NCBI GenBank assembly: GCA_937981455.1 | Contig: CALJNV010000140.1 | Span: forward strand, 1-38,176 | DNA length: 38,176 bases | Direction: 5' to 3' | Origin: an uncultured Bacteroidales bacterium | GTDB taxonomy: Bacteria > Bacteroidota > Bacteroidia > Bacteroidales > TTA-H9 | Shown: positions 30,183 through 38,176 of the stretch, one piece after another | How positions within the stretch are numbered: position 1 is the first letter of the stretch | How the letters are laid out: every line of letters begins with the position of its first letter | Made by a program: the position numbers and the translations under genes | The notes under the pieces: generated by a model | What the model saw: only the letters and a program-made list of their open reading frames with translations | What the model was told of the DNA's origin: nothing | Database searches by the model: none

Positions 30183-31177
30183 AGAATCATTTCGCGTGTA
30201 ATCTCCCCTGGTTGGGTGCTCTGATTATCAACGCCTTTGGCTCTTAAATCGTAATAATTAATTCTGCGCAAAATTCGATGACATTTTTCAACAGGAAAAT
30301 TCTTGGCTGCAGCCAGGTAATCCTTCAAGAAAAACCTATGGATTCCTAAGGCAGAGCTTACGTGCGATTCGGTCTTAACGGGCAAAAGATGATACAACCA
30401 AACTTTGTAAAACATAGCATATAAAGTGGCAGCCACCCGCACCGGATGATATTCCTTGGCATCGGCTGCATACCGCAGGGCAATTCTTGTAGCCATAGTA
30501 CGGTTTTTATATGCCAAATGCCTGAAAAGTTCATAGATACTATACTCCTTGCTAATTCCAATAAATTCTTCAATGTGTTTAGTTTGCACGGTGGTTCCCT
30601 GAGGAAGATTTAAAAACAATTTTGCGCATTCATTGACTATAAGCTCTATTTCGTTTCCTGTATATTCAGCAAGCATTTGTAAGGCTTCCTCGTCGATATT
30701 GTATTGATGCGCAGCCAGATAATTCTTTATCCAACCAGGAATCTCACTATCGTACAATTTTTTAAACTCTGCTTCAACGATATGCTTTTTGGCTTCAGCA
30801 TTCAGCCTTTTGATATGCTTATTTTTATCTGATTTGCTGGCAATTACCAGTAGGGTGGACGGGGTAGGTTTTTCAAAGTATTTCTGCAGACTATCGTCTT
30901 CATCCGTACGCAAATGCTGGGCTTCACGAACAATGACAATATTGTGTGAGGCACCTACAGGATAGCGCCTGGCTGCATCGACTACTTTACCAGCATGTAC
31001 ATCGAGACCATAAAAAACCGTGAGATTAAAATCTTTCTCATAATCCTGCAAAAGGTGATGCTGGATGTAATCGGTGAGGGAATCTATAAAGTAGGGTTCG
31101 GTGCCATAAAAATAATACACCGGCTTAAATATTCTGTGCTTCAAATCGTTGATTATATCAAGATAAAGGTTGGCCAT
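30164..31177 (-). CDS. holA: DNA polymerase III subunit delta
   Basis: KPVYYFYGTEPYFID, DFNLTVFYG, ARRYP, IVREAQ, IGISKEYS and DLRAKGV motifs. ATG at 31177. Confidence 0.95.
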   Translation of the reverse strand: MANLYLDIINDLKHRIFKPVYYFYGTEPYFIDSLTDYIQHHLLQDYEKDFNLTVFYGLDVHAGKVVDAARRYPVGASHNIVIVREAQHLRTDEDDSLQKYFEKPTPSTLLVIASKSDKNKHIKRLNAEAKKHIVEAEFKKLYDSEIPGWIKNYLAAHQYNIDEEALQMLAEYTGNEIELIVNECAKLFLNLPQGTTVQTKHIEEFIGISKEYSIYELFRHLAYKNRTMATRIALRYAADAKEYHPVRVAATLYAMFYKVWLYHLLPVKTESHVSSALGIHRFFLKDYLAAAKNFPVEKCHRILRRINYYDLRAKGVDNQSTQPGEITREMILYILSV

Positions 31178-31192
31178 AAACAAAGAGCGGGG

Positions 31193-31972
31193 TTAGTCCT
31201 GGTCAAAAATAAGATGTTTAACGGTAAGGCCATTGTTAATAAGCTGGCGCAAGGAATCGATCCCGATGCGTACATGCAATTCGGTGAATTGACGAGACAC
31301 TTCCCTGTCTTTTTCTTCGGTTTTCACCCCGTCGGGTATCATGGGCTGATCGGAAACCAACAGCAAGGCGCCCGTAGGAATATGATTGGCAAAACCAGTA
31401 ACAAAAAGGGTGGCTGTCTCCATGTCAATGGCCATGCAGCGCGTTTTTCTTAAAAAATCTTTGAATTCTTGGTCATACTCCCAAACACGGCGATTGGTAG
31501 TATAAACGGTTCCTGTCCAATAGTCGCGGCCATAATCGCGAATGGTAGTGGATATAGCTTTTTGCAAGGCGAAAGCAGGCAAGGCGGGTACAATTTCAGG
31601 CATGTAGTCGTTCGAGGTGCCTTCTCCTCTTATAGCCGCAATAGGTAAGATAAGGTCTCCCAGCTTGTTTTTCTTTTTTAGTCCCCCACATTTTCCCAGA
31701 AATAAAACAGCTTTGGGAGATACCGCACTCAGCAGGTCCATGATGGTGGCAGCATTTGCACTTCCCATTCCAAAATTTATCATGGTTATATCTCCTGCCG
31801 TTGCTGCTGGCATGGTTCTGTCCTGTCCCTTAACCTCCACTCCCATAATACGGGCAAAAAGATTGAGATATTCTTTAAAATTGGTCAATAAAATATATTT
31901 TCCAAATTCTTCAAGGGGCATTCCCGTGTAGCGGGGTAACCAATTACTTACAATCTCTTCTTTTGTCCTCAT
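31193..31972 (-). CDS. amn: AMP nucleosidase (Bacteroidota short type)
   Basis: NWLPRYTG, FGMGSANAA, FLGKCGGL, RGEGTSNDY, TTNRRVWE, IDMETA and LLVSDQP motifs. Confidence 0.95.
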   Translation of the reverse strand: MRTKEEIVSNWLPRYTGMPLEEFGKYILLTNFKEYLNLFARIMGVEVKGQDRTMPAATAGDITMINFGMGSANAATIMDLLSAVSPKAVLFLGKCGGLKKKNKLGDLILPIAAIRGEGTSNDYMPEIVPALPAFALQKAISTTIRDYGRDYWTGTVYTTNRRVWEYDQEFKDFLRKTRCMAIDMETATLFVTGFANHIPTGALLLVSDQPMIPDGVKTEEKDREVSRQFTELHVRIGIDSLRQLINNGLTVKHLIFDQD

Positions 31973-32045
31973 TTTTTATCTGATTCTTAGAGATACGAAT
32001 TTTAATATGGAGCCTAAAGAATATTCAGGCCTTTTCATCGTATTG

Positions 32046-32053
32046 CAAAAGTA
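32046..32053 (-). promoter_or_regulatory. -7 element for amn-holA
   Basis: Minus strand reads TACTTTTG. Confidence 0.55.
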
Positions 32054-32094
32054 GTTGTTTTGAGTTACGCAAGCCATCCCGACAAATACAAAGC

Positions 32095-33024
32095 TTAGGC
32101 TGATAATTTCAACCGATTCAAGTTGATTATAGAGAAAATCATCACCGTGGCACTGAGCCATTGGATTGGGGTGAGCCAAGAAGCGTTGAAAAGGTAATCG
32201 AACAGAATAGCCGATAGTGGGAAAAAAAGTTCACAAACAGTGGCAATAGAAGCTTTTACCCTTTTAAGTCCGTAATAATAAATAAAAATAGCCCCAGAGC
32301 CTGTAGTAAGACCAATGAGTATAAATATAAACCAATTCATGGGAGTTGCTTGAAAAAACTGATGCATTTTTCCACTGCCCCATACCACAGGGAGCATAAT
32401 AGCTGTGGTAAGGCCATACCGAAAATAGGTAGCCGTGGGAAAACTCAAAGCACTCAATGCCTTTTTGCTGAAAACCGTACTGCTTCCAAAGGCAAGAGCG
32501 GCCAGCAGTGAATAAAGGGCTGCGTACAGATAATTTTTACCCCCTTCAATATGGGGCAGGCTCCATCCAAAGGTTAAAAAATAGCCGGCAATGATGGCTA
32601 GCGAAGCCCAGAAATAAAAAGCTACTCTGAGTTTTTCTTTAAGTAAAATTGTAGCCAAAGCGATGGCAAAAACAGGTTGAAGCTTTTGCAACAGCACAAC
32701 GATGGTTAATTTCTGAAAATTTACCAAAAACAATGCTTTGACGATGGCCATTGTCCCAATAGCCCCACCTGCCAGAGCAACCCAAAACAATGAAAACCAC
32801 TCCTGCCGGCTAATCCCCCGTGTCTTTCGATATTTGCCCGGTAAGAATAGAGTCATGAAAACGAAAGGGAGCAGGTGCAGGATAAAAACAACAAAACGAA
32901 CATCAAGATTGTAAAGTTGTGGAGTAAGAACAATGCCATCCAGCCCCCAGAGAATTGCTGCAAAGCTTATGGCAAAGGCTCCCCAAACCCTTTGACGAAA
33001 ATTATTTTCTGATGATTTTTCCAT
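32095..33024 (-). CDS. DMT/EamA family transporter
   Basis: About 10 TM helices in two repeats, with AAILWG, LLQKLQP, LLKEKL and YYYGLKRVKAS.AT..EL motifs. Confidence 0.9.
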   Translation of the reverse strand: MEKSSENNFRQRVWGAFAISFAAILWGLDGIVLTPQLYNLDVRFVVFILHLLPFVFMTLFLPGKYRKTRGISRQEWFSLFWVALAGGAIGTMAIVKALFLVNFQKLTIVVLLQKLQPVFAIALATILLKEKLRVAFYFWASLAIIAGYFLTFGWSLPHIEGGKNYLYAALYSLLAALAFGSSTVFSKKALSALSFPTATYFRYGLTTAIMLPVVWGSGKMHQFFQATPMNWFIFILIGLTTGSGAIFIYYYGLKRVKASIATVCELFFPLSAILFDYLFNASWLTPIQWLSATVMIFSIINLNRLKLSA

Positions 33025-33032
33025 ACTGAAGG

Positions 33033-33061
33033 CAAAATTACGGCTTTATGCACTATCTTTG
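33033..33061. promoter_or_regulatory. back-to-back divergent -7 elements for EamA and amrS
   Basis: TAATTTTG on the minus strand (33033-33040) and TATCTTTG on the plus strand (33054-33061), 13 bp apart. Confidence 0.6.
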
Positions 33062-33071
33062 AAAGAAAGGA

Positions 33072-33078
33072 AAGGAGG
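33072..33078 (+). promoter_or_regulatory. strong Shine-Dalgarno sequence for amrS
   Basis: AAGGAGG with a 7-nt spacer to the ATG at 33086. Confidence 0.6.
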
Positions 33079-33085
33079 GATTCCC

Positions 33086-34102
33086 ATGAAAACGCTGAAA
33101 CCCGCTTTATTCTATGAAAACACCGAAGATGCCACTCTTCGCTGTTTACTGTGCCCTCACCTTTGCTTGCTCAAAGAAGGGCAAACAGGTATTTGCCAGG
33201 CCCGACGCAACCATAATGGTATTCTTTATTCATTGAACTATGGCATCATTACTTCTCAAGCCCTGGATCCCATCGAAAAAAAACCCCTCTACCATTTCCA
33301 TCCCGCCCAGAAAATCTTCAGCATCGGGTCTTTTGGTTGCAACCTCTCCTGCAAGTTTTGTCAAAATCATGAAATTTCCATGCACGGAGCACCTGATTTC
33401 AATTACCTTGAGCCGCATTACCCCTGCGATATTATAGAAAAAGCAGCACAAATTGCAAACAATATAGGTATCGCATATACTTACAATGAACCCATAATTT
33501 CCATAGAATTTATCCTCGAGACCGCGCATCTGGCTAAACACAAGGGCCTACACAATGTAATGGTAACCAATGGCTTTATAAACCCCACCCCCTTGCGACG
33601 ACTGCTACCTTTAATCGATGCCTGGAATGTAGACCTAAAAGCCTTCAACGAAAATTTTTATAAAAAACTAACGGGTGGTAGCCTGCTGCCGGTGCTCAAC
33701 AACTTAAAAACTATTCGCAGGGAAGGCAACCATTTGGAGATCACCTATCTGGTAATCCCCAACGAAAATGACAATCCCAAAGAATTCAATGCCATGGTCA
33801 GTTGGCTGCGGGATGAACTGGGGCCCGACACCATATTGCACCTAACACGCTTTTTCCCCCATTACAAATACCAGGCCCCTCCCACACCCCCCGAAACCCT
33901 AATGAATCTCTACCAAATCGCTCGCCAGCAATTGCATTGGGTGTATTTGGGAAATATCCAACTGAGCATCGGCAACGAATCGCATTGCCCTAAATGTGGA
34001 GCCTTGTTGGTGCGCCGCAGCGGTTATTTTACAGAAATAGCAGAACTTGATGAACAGGGCCATTGCAAAAAATGCAGAACAGCTCTACCGTTTATCAAAT
34101 AG
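33086..34102 (+). CDS. amrS: AmmeMemoRadiSam system radical SAM enzyme
   Basis: CLLCPHLC...GICQAR, DPIEKKPLYHF, radical SAM CNLSCKFC-QN, AYTYNEP, NVDLKAF and C-terminal CPKC/CKKC. Confidence 0.93.
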   Translation: MKTLKPALFYENTEDATLRCLLCPHLCLLKEGQTGICQARRNHNGILYSLNYGIITSQALDPIEKKPLYHFHPAQKIFSIGSFGCNLSCKFCQNHEISMHGAPDFNYLEPHYPCDIIEKAAQIANNIGIAYTYNEPIISIEFILETAHLAKHKGLHNVMVTNGFINPTPLRRLLPLIDAWNVDLKAFNENFYKKLTGGSLLPVLNNLKTIRREGNHLEITYLVIPNENDNPKEFNAMVSWLRDELGPDTILHLTRFFPHYKYQAPPTPPETLMNLYQIARQQLHWVYLGNIQLSIGNESHCPKCGALLVRRSGYFTEIAELDEQGHCKKCRTALPFIK

Positions 34103-34167
34103 GACTTCTTTTCTGTCGCCTCCCCCAACAATATAGTATTTAATTTCGCACCCAAATTCTCATCTGA

Positions 34168-35469
34168 ATGAAGAAGATTTCTCTTACATCAATATTTTTT
34201 CTTCTGACGCAACTGCTAATGGCTCAAAGCCAAGATTATTATTCGCTAAACACCTTGCGGAACGAGAATAGAATTTACCAATCCAATATTAAAACCCCCC
34301 TCCTACATCCTGTGGATGACCCATTGGGCCTGCCCCTTTTGCCCCTCGAAGGTAACAAGCAACTCCTTTTGCAGTTTGACGATCTGGATGGAACCTACAA
34401 AGTCTGGCAATACACCTTTATTCATTGCGACGCACTCTGGAATCCATCGCCATTGCGGCCCAATGAGTATCTGGAGGGTTTTACCTTTGATGAAATAAGA
34501 GACTATGCATTTTCATTCAACACCACCACCTCTTTTGTACATTACTCCATTGCCTTTCCTAATGAATATATTCGTTTTTCTCGCTCGGGCAACTACTTAC
34601 TGGTGGTTTATGAGGAAACCCTGGAAAAACCTGCTCTTACAATGCGTTTTATGGTTTTTGAGGAAAAGGTGCGAATTGGAGACCTCCGGATTGCAAGGGC
34701 CACACTTCCAGCCTATATGAATAACTTTCAGGAGGTGGATTTCTCGATATACCCAGGAAAATACAAAATAGTGGCCCCTGAGCGTGACCTTAAGGTAGCA
34801 ATCATACAGAACGGTCGTTGGGACAATATTTTAATTCTTCGCAAACCCCGAAATGTAACACCCGATGCCCTCAGTTACGATTACGAAGAAGAAAACCTTT
34901 TCCCTGCAGGCAACCAATACAGACACTTTGATATCAAAAGTTTGCGTTACAGAACAGAGCGCGTAGCCGATATTCGCTTTTTAAACGATGGTTATCATGT
35001 CTATTTACAACCCGACCTGCCACGCGTTTTTAAACCTTTCGTCAGCGAACCCGACATCAACGGAAGAATGTACATACATACTGAAGATATGACGCATAGC
35101 CAAACCGAAGCCGATTATGCCTGGGTTCATTTCAAGGTACCCTTCGATTACCCCCTGGCGGGTGGCAGTGTATTCATCATGGGTGCCCTGTCAGGCAATA
35201 CACTCAACCCCCTCTCGCAAATGATTTACAATTACAACGAAAAATGCTACGAGGCCTCCTTGTTCCTCAAACAGGGGTACTACAATTATCTTTACGTATT
35301 TGCCAATAGCTCTGACGATCGGGGCGATCCATCGGTTATTGAAGGCAATAAATGGGAGACTCCCAACGAATATCTGCTGCTGGTTTATCACAGGGAACCC
35401 GGCGATATTACCGATAAACTTGTTGGATGGACATTATGGGGAAGAGAAGCCACCCTACGCAGACCGTAA
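34168..35469 (+). CDS. DUF5103 domain protein (T9SS plug-like)
   Basis: Signal peptide, LQFDDL, YTFIHC, SFNT, SGNYLL, QNGRWD, DING, LKQGYYNY and EG..WET.NEY motifs. Confidence 0.85.
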   Translation: MKKISLTSIFFLLTQLLMAQSQDYYSLNTLRNENRIYQSNIKTPLLHPVDDPLGLPLLPLEGNKQLLLQFDDLDGTYKVWQYTFIHCDALWNPSPLRPNEYLEGFTFDEIRDYAFSFNTTTSFVHYSIAFPNEYIRFSRSGNYLLVVYEETLEKPALTMRFMVFEEKVRIGDLRIARATLPAYMNNFQEVDFSIYPGKYKIVAPERDLKVAIIQNGRWDNILILRKPRNVTPDALSYDYEEENLFPAGNQYRHFDIKSLRYRTERVADIRFLNDGYHVYLQPDLPRVFKPFVSEPDINGRMYIHTEDMTHSQTEADYAWVHFKVPFDYPLAGGSVFIMGALSGNTLNPLSQMIYNYNEKCYEASLFLKQGYYNYLYVFANSSDDRGDPSVIEGNKWETPNEYLLLVYHREPGDITDKLVGWTLWGREATLRRP

Positions 35470-35484
35470 TTATTAAAAAACAGG

Positions 35485-35492
35485 TATTTTTG
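35485..35492 (+). promoter_or_regulatory. -7 element for the DUF2520-kdsC-UbiA-GtrA unit
   Basis: TATTTTTG, 17 nt before the ATG. Confidence 0.6.
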
Positions 35493-35509
35493 CAAGAAAG
35501 CCAGGGGCC

Positions 35510-36298
35510 ATGAAAAATAACAAAAAAGATTTCATCATTTTAGGCGCCGGAAACGTTGCCCATGCATTGAGTAAAGAGCTCAATGCCAAAGGATACACCA
35601 TTAGAGGTATTTACAGTCGAACCACCAAATCGGCCCGAGCGCTGGCCAAGTATTTTTCGTGCGAAGTGTATGCCGATCCTTCCCTTGTACCTGCCGACGC
35701 GAGCTATTACTTGATAAGCGTAACCGATGAAGCCTTACCTGAAGTAGCTTCCCGTTTGCCAGATACTCAGGGACTGGTGTTACACACAGCCGGCTCGGTG
35801 CCTTTGGGTGTGCTGGCCCGCTTCAAGCACCATGGAGTATTGTATCCCCTACAAACCCTTTCAAAATCAAGAGAAACAGATTTCTCTATAGTACCCCTGT
35901 GCATCGAGGCCTCCGATAAATCAACCTTAAAAGATATCAAAAAATTGGCCCTCGAAATATCGGAAACAATTGTAGAGGTAACTTCTCAACAAAGAAAGAT
36001 TCTTCATGTAGCGGCTGTATTTTCCTGCAACTTTAGCAATTATATGTATATCGCTGCCCACGATATTTTGAAAAATGCCGGCATGGATTTTAAAATTTTG
36101 CTTCCATTGATTATTGAAACCGTGGAAAAACTCATGCTCATGGATCCCCGTCAAGCCCAGACGGGTCCTGCTGTTAGAGGAGATAAAACCATAATAAAAG
36201 AACATCAACAATTGTTGAACGACATGCCACAGTATCAAAAAATCTATGCCTACCTTTCTGCGGCTATAGCCGAAACCTTTTCGCAAAAAAAAGATTGA
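35510..36298 (+). CDS. Rossmann-like and DUF2520 domain oxidoreductase (PanG-like)
   Basis: ILGAGNVA, HTAGS, YPLQT, LHVAAVFSCNF and AQTGPAVRGD motifs. Confidence 0.9.
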   Translation: MKNNKKDFIILGAGNVAHALSKELNAKGYTIRGIYSRTTKSARALAKYFSCEVYADPSLVPADASYYLISVTDEALPEVASRLPDTQGLVLHTAGSVPLGVLARFKHHGVLYPLQTLSKSRETDFSIVPLCIEASDKSTLKDIKKLALEISETIVEVTSQQRKILHVAAVFSCNFSNYMYIAAHDILKNAGMDFKILLPLIIETVEKLMLMDPRQAQTGPAVRGDKTIIKEHQQLLNDMPQYQKIYAYLSAAIAETFSQKKD

Positions 36299-36302
36299 AA
36301 GC

Positions 36303-36827
36303 ATGGTACTTAATTACAAAGAGCTCCTTCACAATATCCACACCTTCATTTTTGATTACGACGGAGTGCTAACTACCGGAGAGGTTTACATCTTACCCAA
36401 TGGGGAAGCCTTGCGCGGTGGGCATGTAAAAGATGGCTATGCCCTTCAGCATGCCTTAAAAAACGGTTATCGTGTGGCTATCATTAGTGGTGGCAAAAGC
36501 GATTCTATGATTCACCGCCTCAACATGCTAAAAATTAAGGATTATTTTCTGGGTGTATCCGACAAACTGGCCACTTTTAAAGAATACATAACCCGTGAAG
36601 CCATCCATCCCCAGAATGTGCTTTATATGGGCGATGACATCCCCGATTTTGAAGTTATGAAAGAAGTAGGTTTACCTTGCTGCCCGGCTGATGCTGCCGA
36701 GGAAATTAAGGCTATATCGATGTATATTTCGCATCGCGAAGGAGGCAAAGGCTGTGTTCGCGACGTTATCGAACAAACCCTGCGACTCCATGGTAAATGG
36801 ATGAATGGCAACGCTTTCTATTGGTAG
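36303..36827 (+). CDS. kdsC: KdsC/YrbI family HAD phosphatase
   Basis: FDYDGVLT, KDGYA, AIISGG, YMGDDIPD and GGKGCVRDVIE motifs. Confidence 0.88.
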   Translation: MVLNYKELLHNIHTFIFDYDGVLTTGEVYILPNGEALRGGHVKDGYALQHALKNGYRVAIISGGKSDSMIHRLNMLKIKDYFLGVSDKLATFKEYITREAIHPQNVLYMGDDIPDFEVMKEVGLPCCPADAAEEIKAISMYISHREGGKGCVRDVIEQTLRLHGKWMNGNAFYW

Positions 36828-36832
36828 CACTT

Positions 36833-37810
36833 ATGCTAAAATTTAAACTCAAAAACTTTTGGTTAAAAACCTCACGCAACGTTCCCGCATATCTGCGGCT
36901 TCTACGCTGGAAAAATCTTTTTATATTAGCCATGTCTCTTTTAGTGGTGCGCTATGGAATTATTCTCCGCTTCCTCCATGAATCAGTAGCTTTGCGAGAA
37001 ATTTCTCACAGCGTTTTTCTATTGATGAGCTTGGCCACAATATTGATTGCAGCTGCGGGTTATATCATTAACGATTACTACGATTTAAAAATAGACCTCC
37101 TCAACAAACCCTCGTCCATGGTGCTGGGTCGTATAATGAGCACTACACGAGGTATTGTACTTTATGTTTTTCTGAATGTCGTCGGATTGAGTGCAGGCCT
37201 GCTGGCTTCCTTAAAAACGGGGCATCCTTTTCTTTTCCTGTTATTTATGCTATCTGCCTCCCTTCTATGGTTCTATTCGTTTGATTTGAAAAGCCGATTG
37301 CTGTGGGGAAATATCGCCGTAAGCCTACTCGCCTCCCTTTCGTTGCTTTTACCTCTCATTTTTGAGTTTTACTTGTTCATCGCTTACCCCGACGATTGGA
37401 TAAAAAATATGCGCGCCTTCCGACAGGTTCTGCGACTAACAGTTGGGCTGGCCATCTTTGCTTTCCTTTTGACCCTGATTCGCGAGATCCTCAAAGACGC
37501 CGAAGATATAAAGGGTGATAAAGCCGAAAACTGTCTTACACTTCCTATTGCCCTGGGCTGGCCTTCCACCCGAAACATTCTCTCAGGCCTGATAATTTTT
37601 ACAATGATTCTGCTGGGTTTGGCCCAATATTACCTGAGCCATGCAGGCTTTCATTGGGCTTTTTTATGGTATTTCATCACACAATTCCTTCTTGTTTTTC
37701 TCTTTTCGCGATTACCAGAAGAATTGCAACCAGAAAAATTAATGATTGCCACTCGTTTAGCAAAAATCACCATGCTGGTTGGCGTTGCAGGTGTGTTTTT
37801 CATTTTTTAA
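36833..37810 (+). CDS. UbiA-family prenyltransferase, DGGGP-synthase-like
   Basis: LLRWKNL, AAAGYIINDYYDLKIDLLNKP, GNIAV and REILKDAEDIKGD...TLP motifs. Multi-TM. ATG at 36833 follows the kdsC stop. Confidence 0.9.
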   Translation: MLKFKLKNFWLKTSRNVPAYLRLLRWKNLFILAMSLLVVRYGIILRFLHESVALREISHSVFLLMSLATILIAAAGYIINDYYDLKIDLLNKPSSMVLGRIMSTTRGIVLYVFLNVVGLSAGLLASLKTGHPFLFLLFMLSASLLWFYSFDLKSRLLWGNIAVSLLASLSLLLPLIFEFYLFIAYPDDWIKNMRAFRQVLRLTVGLAIFAFLLTLIREILKDAEDIKGDKAENCLTLPIALGWPSTRNILSGLIIFTMILLGLAQYYLSHAGFHWAFLWYFITQFLLVFLFSRLPEELQPEKLMIATRLAKITMLVGVAGVFFIF

Positions 37811-37828
37811 TAAACCCAAACCTTCTCT

Positions 37829-38107
37829 ATGTACGACTTTTATCTGAAAGAGGCCCTTGTTGGAAAATTTTTTCGTTTTATTGCAGTGGGTTTCTCTGGC
37901 CTACTGGTAGATTATGGCATAACAGCCCTTTCCAAGGAAATCATTCGCTTACAGAAATACGCTGCCAATGCCCTAGGTTTCATTGTAGCTGCCACATCCA
38001 ACTACTACCTTAATCGAATTTGGACTTTTCATAGCCATAACCCCCAACTCTTGCTTGAATTTTCTCAATCAACAGTCCTTCCAAAACAGCGACAACCGGC
38101 CTTGTAA
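37829..38107 (+). CDS. GtrA family protein, apparently C-terminally truncated or disrupted
   Basis: KFFRFIAVGFSGLLVDYG, ANALGFIVAATSNYYLNRIWTF. Only 2 of the expected 4 TM helices are present before a hydrophilic tail and stop. Confidence 0.8.
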   Translation: MYDFYLKEALVGKFFRFIAVGFSGLLVDYGITALSKEIIRLQKYAANALGFIVAATSNYYLNRIWTFHSHNPQLLLEFSQSTVLPKQRQPAL

Positions 38108-38144
38108 GCAGCCTGTTAATATTTAATGGGTTTTTGTTTTGGAA
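38079..38144. repeat. 10-bp perfect inverted repeat
   Basis: TTCCAAAACA (38079-38088) and TGTTTTGGAA (38135-38144), 46-nt spacer. Confidence 0.6.
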
Positions 38145-38176
38145 ACGGCCACGACGAGTTGCACCGTTGAGAGTGC

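Noticed and set aside
30995-31931. Plus-strand ORFs (152 and 104 aa) opposite holA and amn
   Set aside because: Shadow ORFs of well-supported genes.

Overview
A gene-dense, mostly housekeeping segment of a Bacteroidota (probably Bacteroidales) chromosome. The assignment rests on repeated TAnnTTTG -7 promoter boxes, a T9SS cargo protein, a T9SS plug-like gene and the divergent clpC / gyrA-TPR arrangement. It carries about 29 protein genes. These include cdsA-psd-coaD, a thioredoxin-fold protein, DUF3822-rsmD, and a long minus-strand run of lytic transglycosylase, uvrA, nucleoside kinase, tandem retropepsin, MATE pump, HsdR_N nuclease and porin. After that come clpC, gyrA, a TPR protein, an Asp-box T9SS protein, tamB, holA, amn, an EamA transporter, amrS, DUF5103, and a DUF2520-kdsC-UbiA-GtrA cluster. 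I saw no tRNA, rRNA, CRISPR array, transposase, integrase or phage gene, and I cannot claim a clearly novel system. The best leads are: (1) a heavily decayed zinc-metallopeptidase-like fossil gene hidden in the AT-rich gap at about 24.0-24.8 kb, which the ORF track misses; (2) a cytoplasmic single-chain two-domain retropepsin tightly packed in the uvrA gene run, with a stand-alone nuclease further downstream; (3) an orphan amrS with a strong Shine-Dalgarno site, unusual for this phylum, behind back-to-back promoters; (4) a GtrA gene that breaks off into an inverted-repeat segment at the window end. All family calls come from motif recognition, not database searches.
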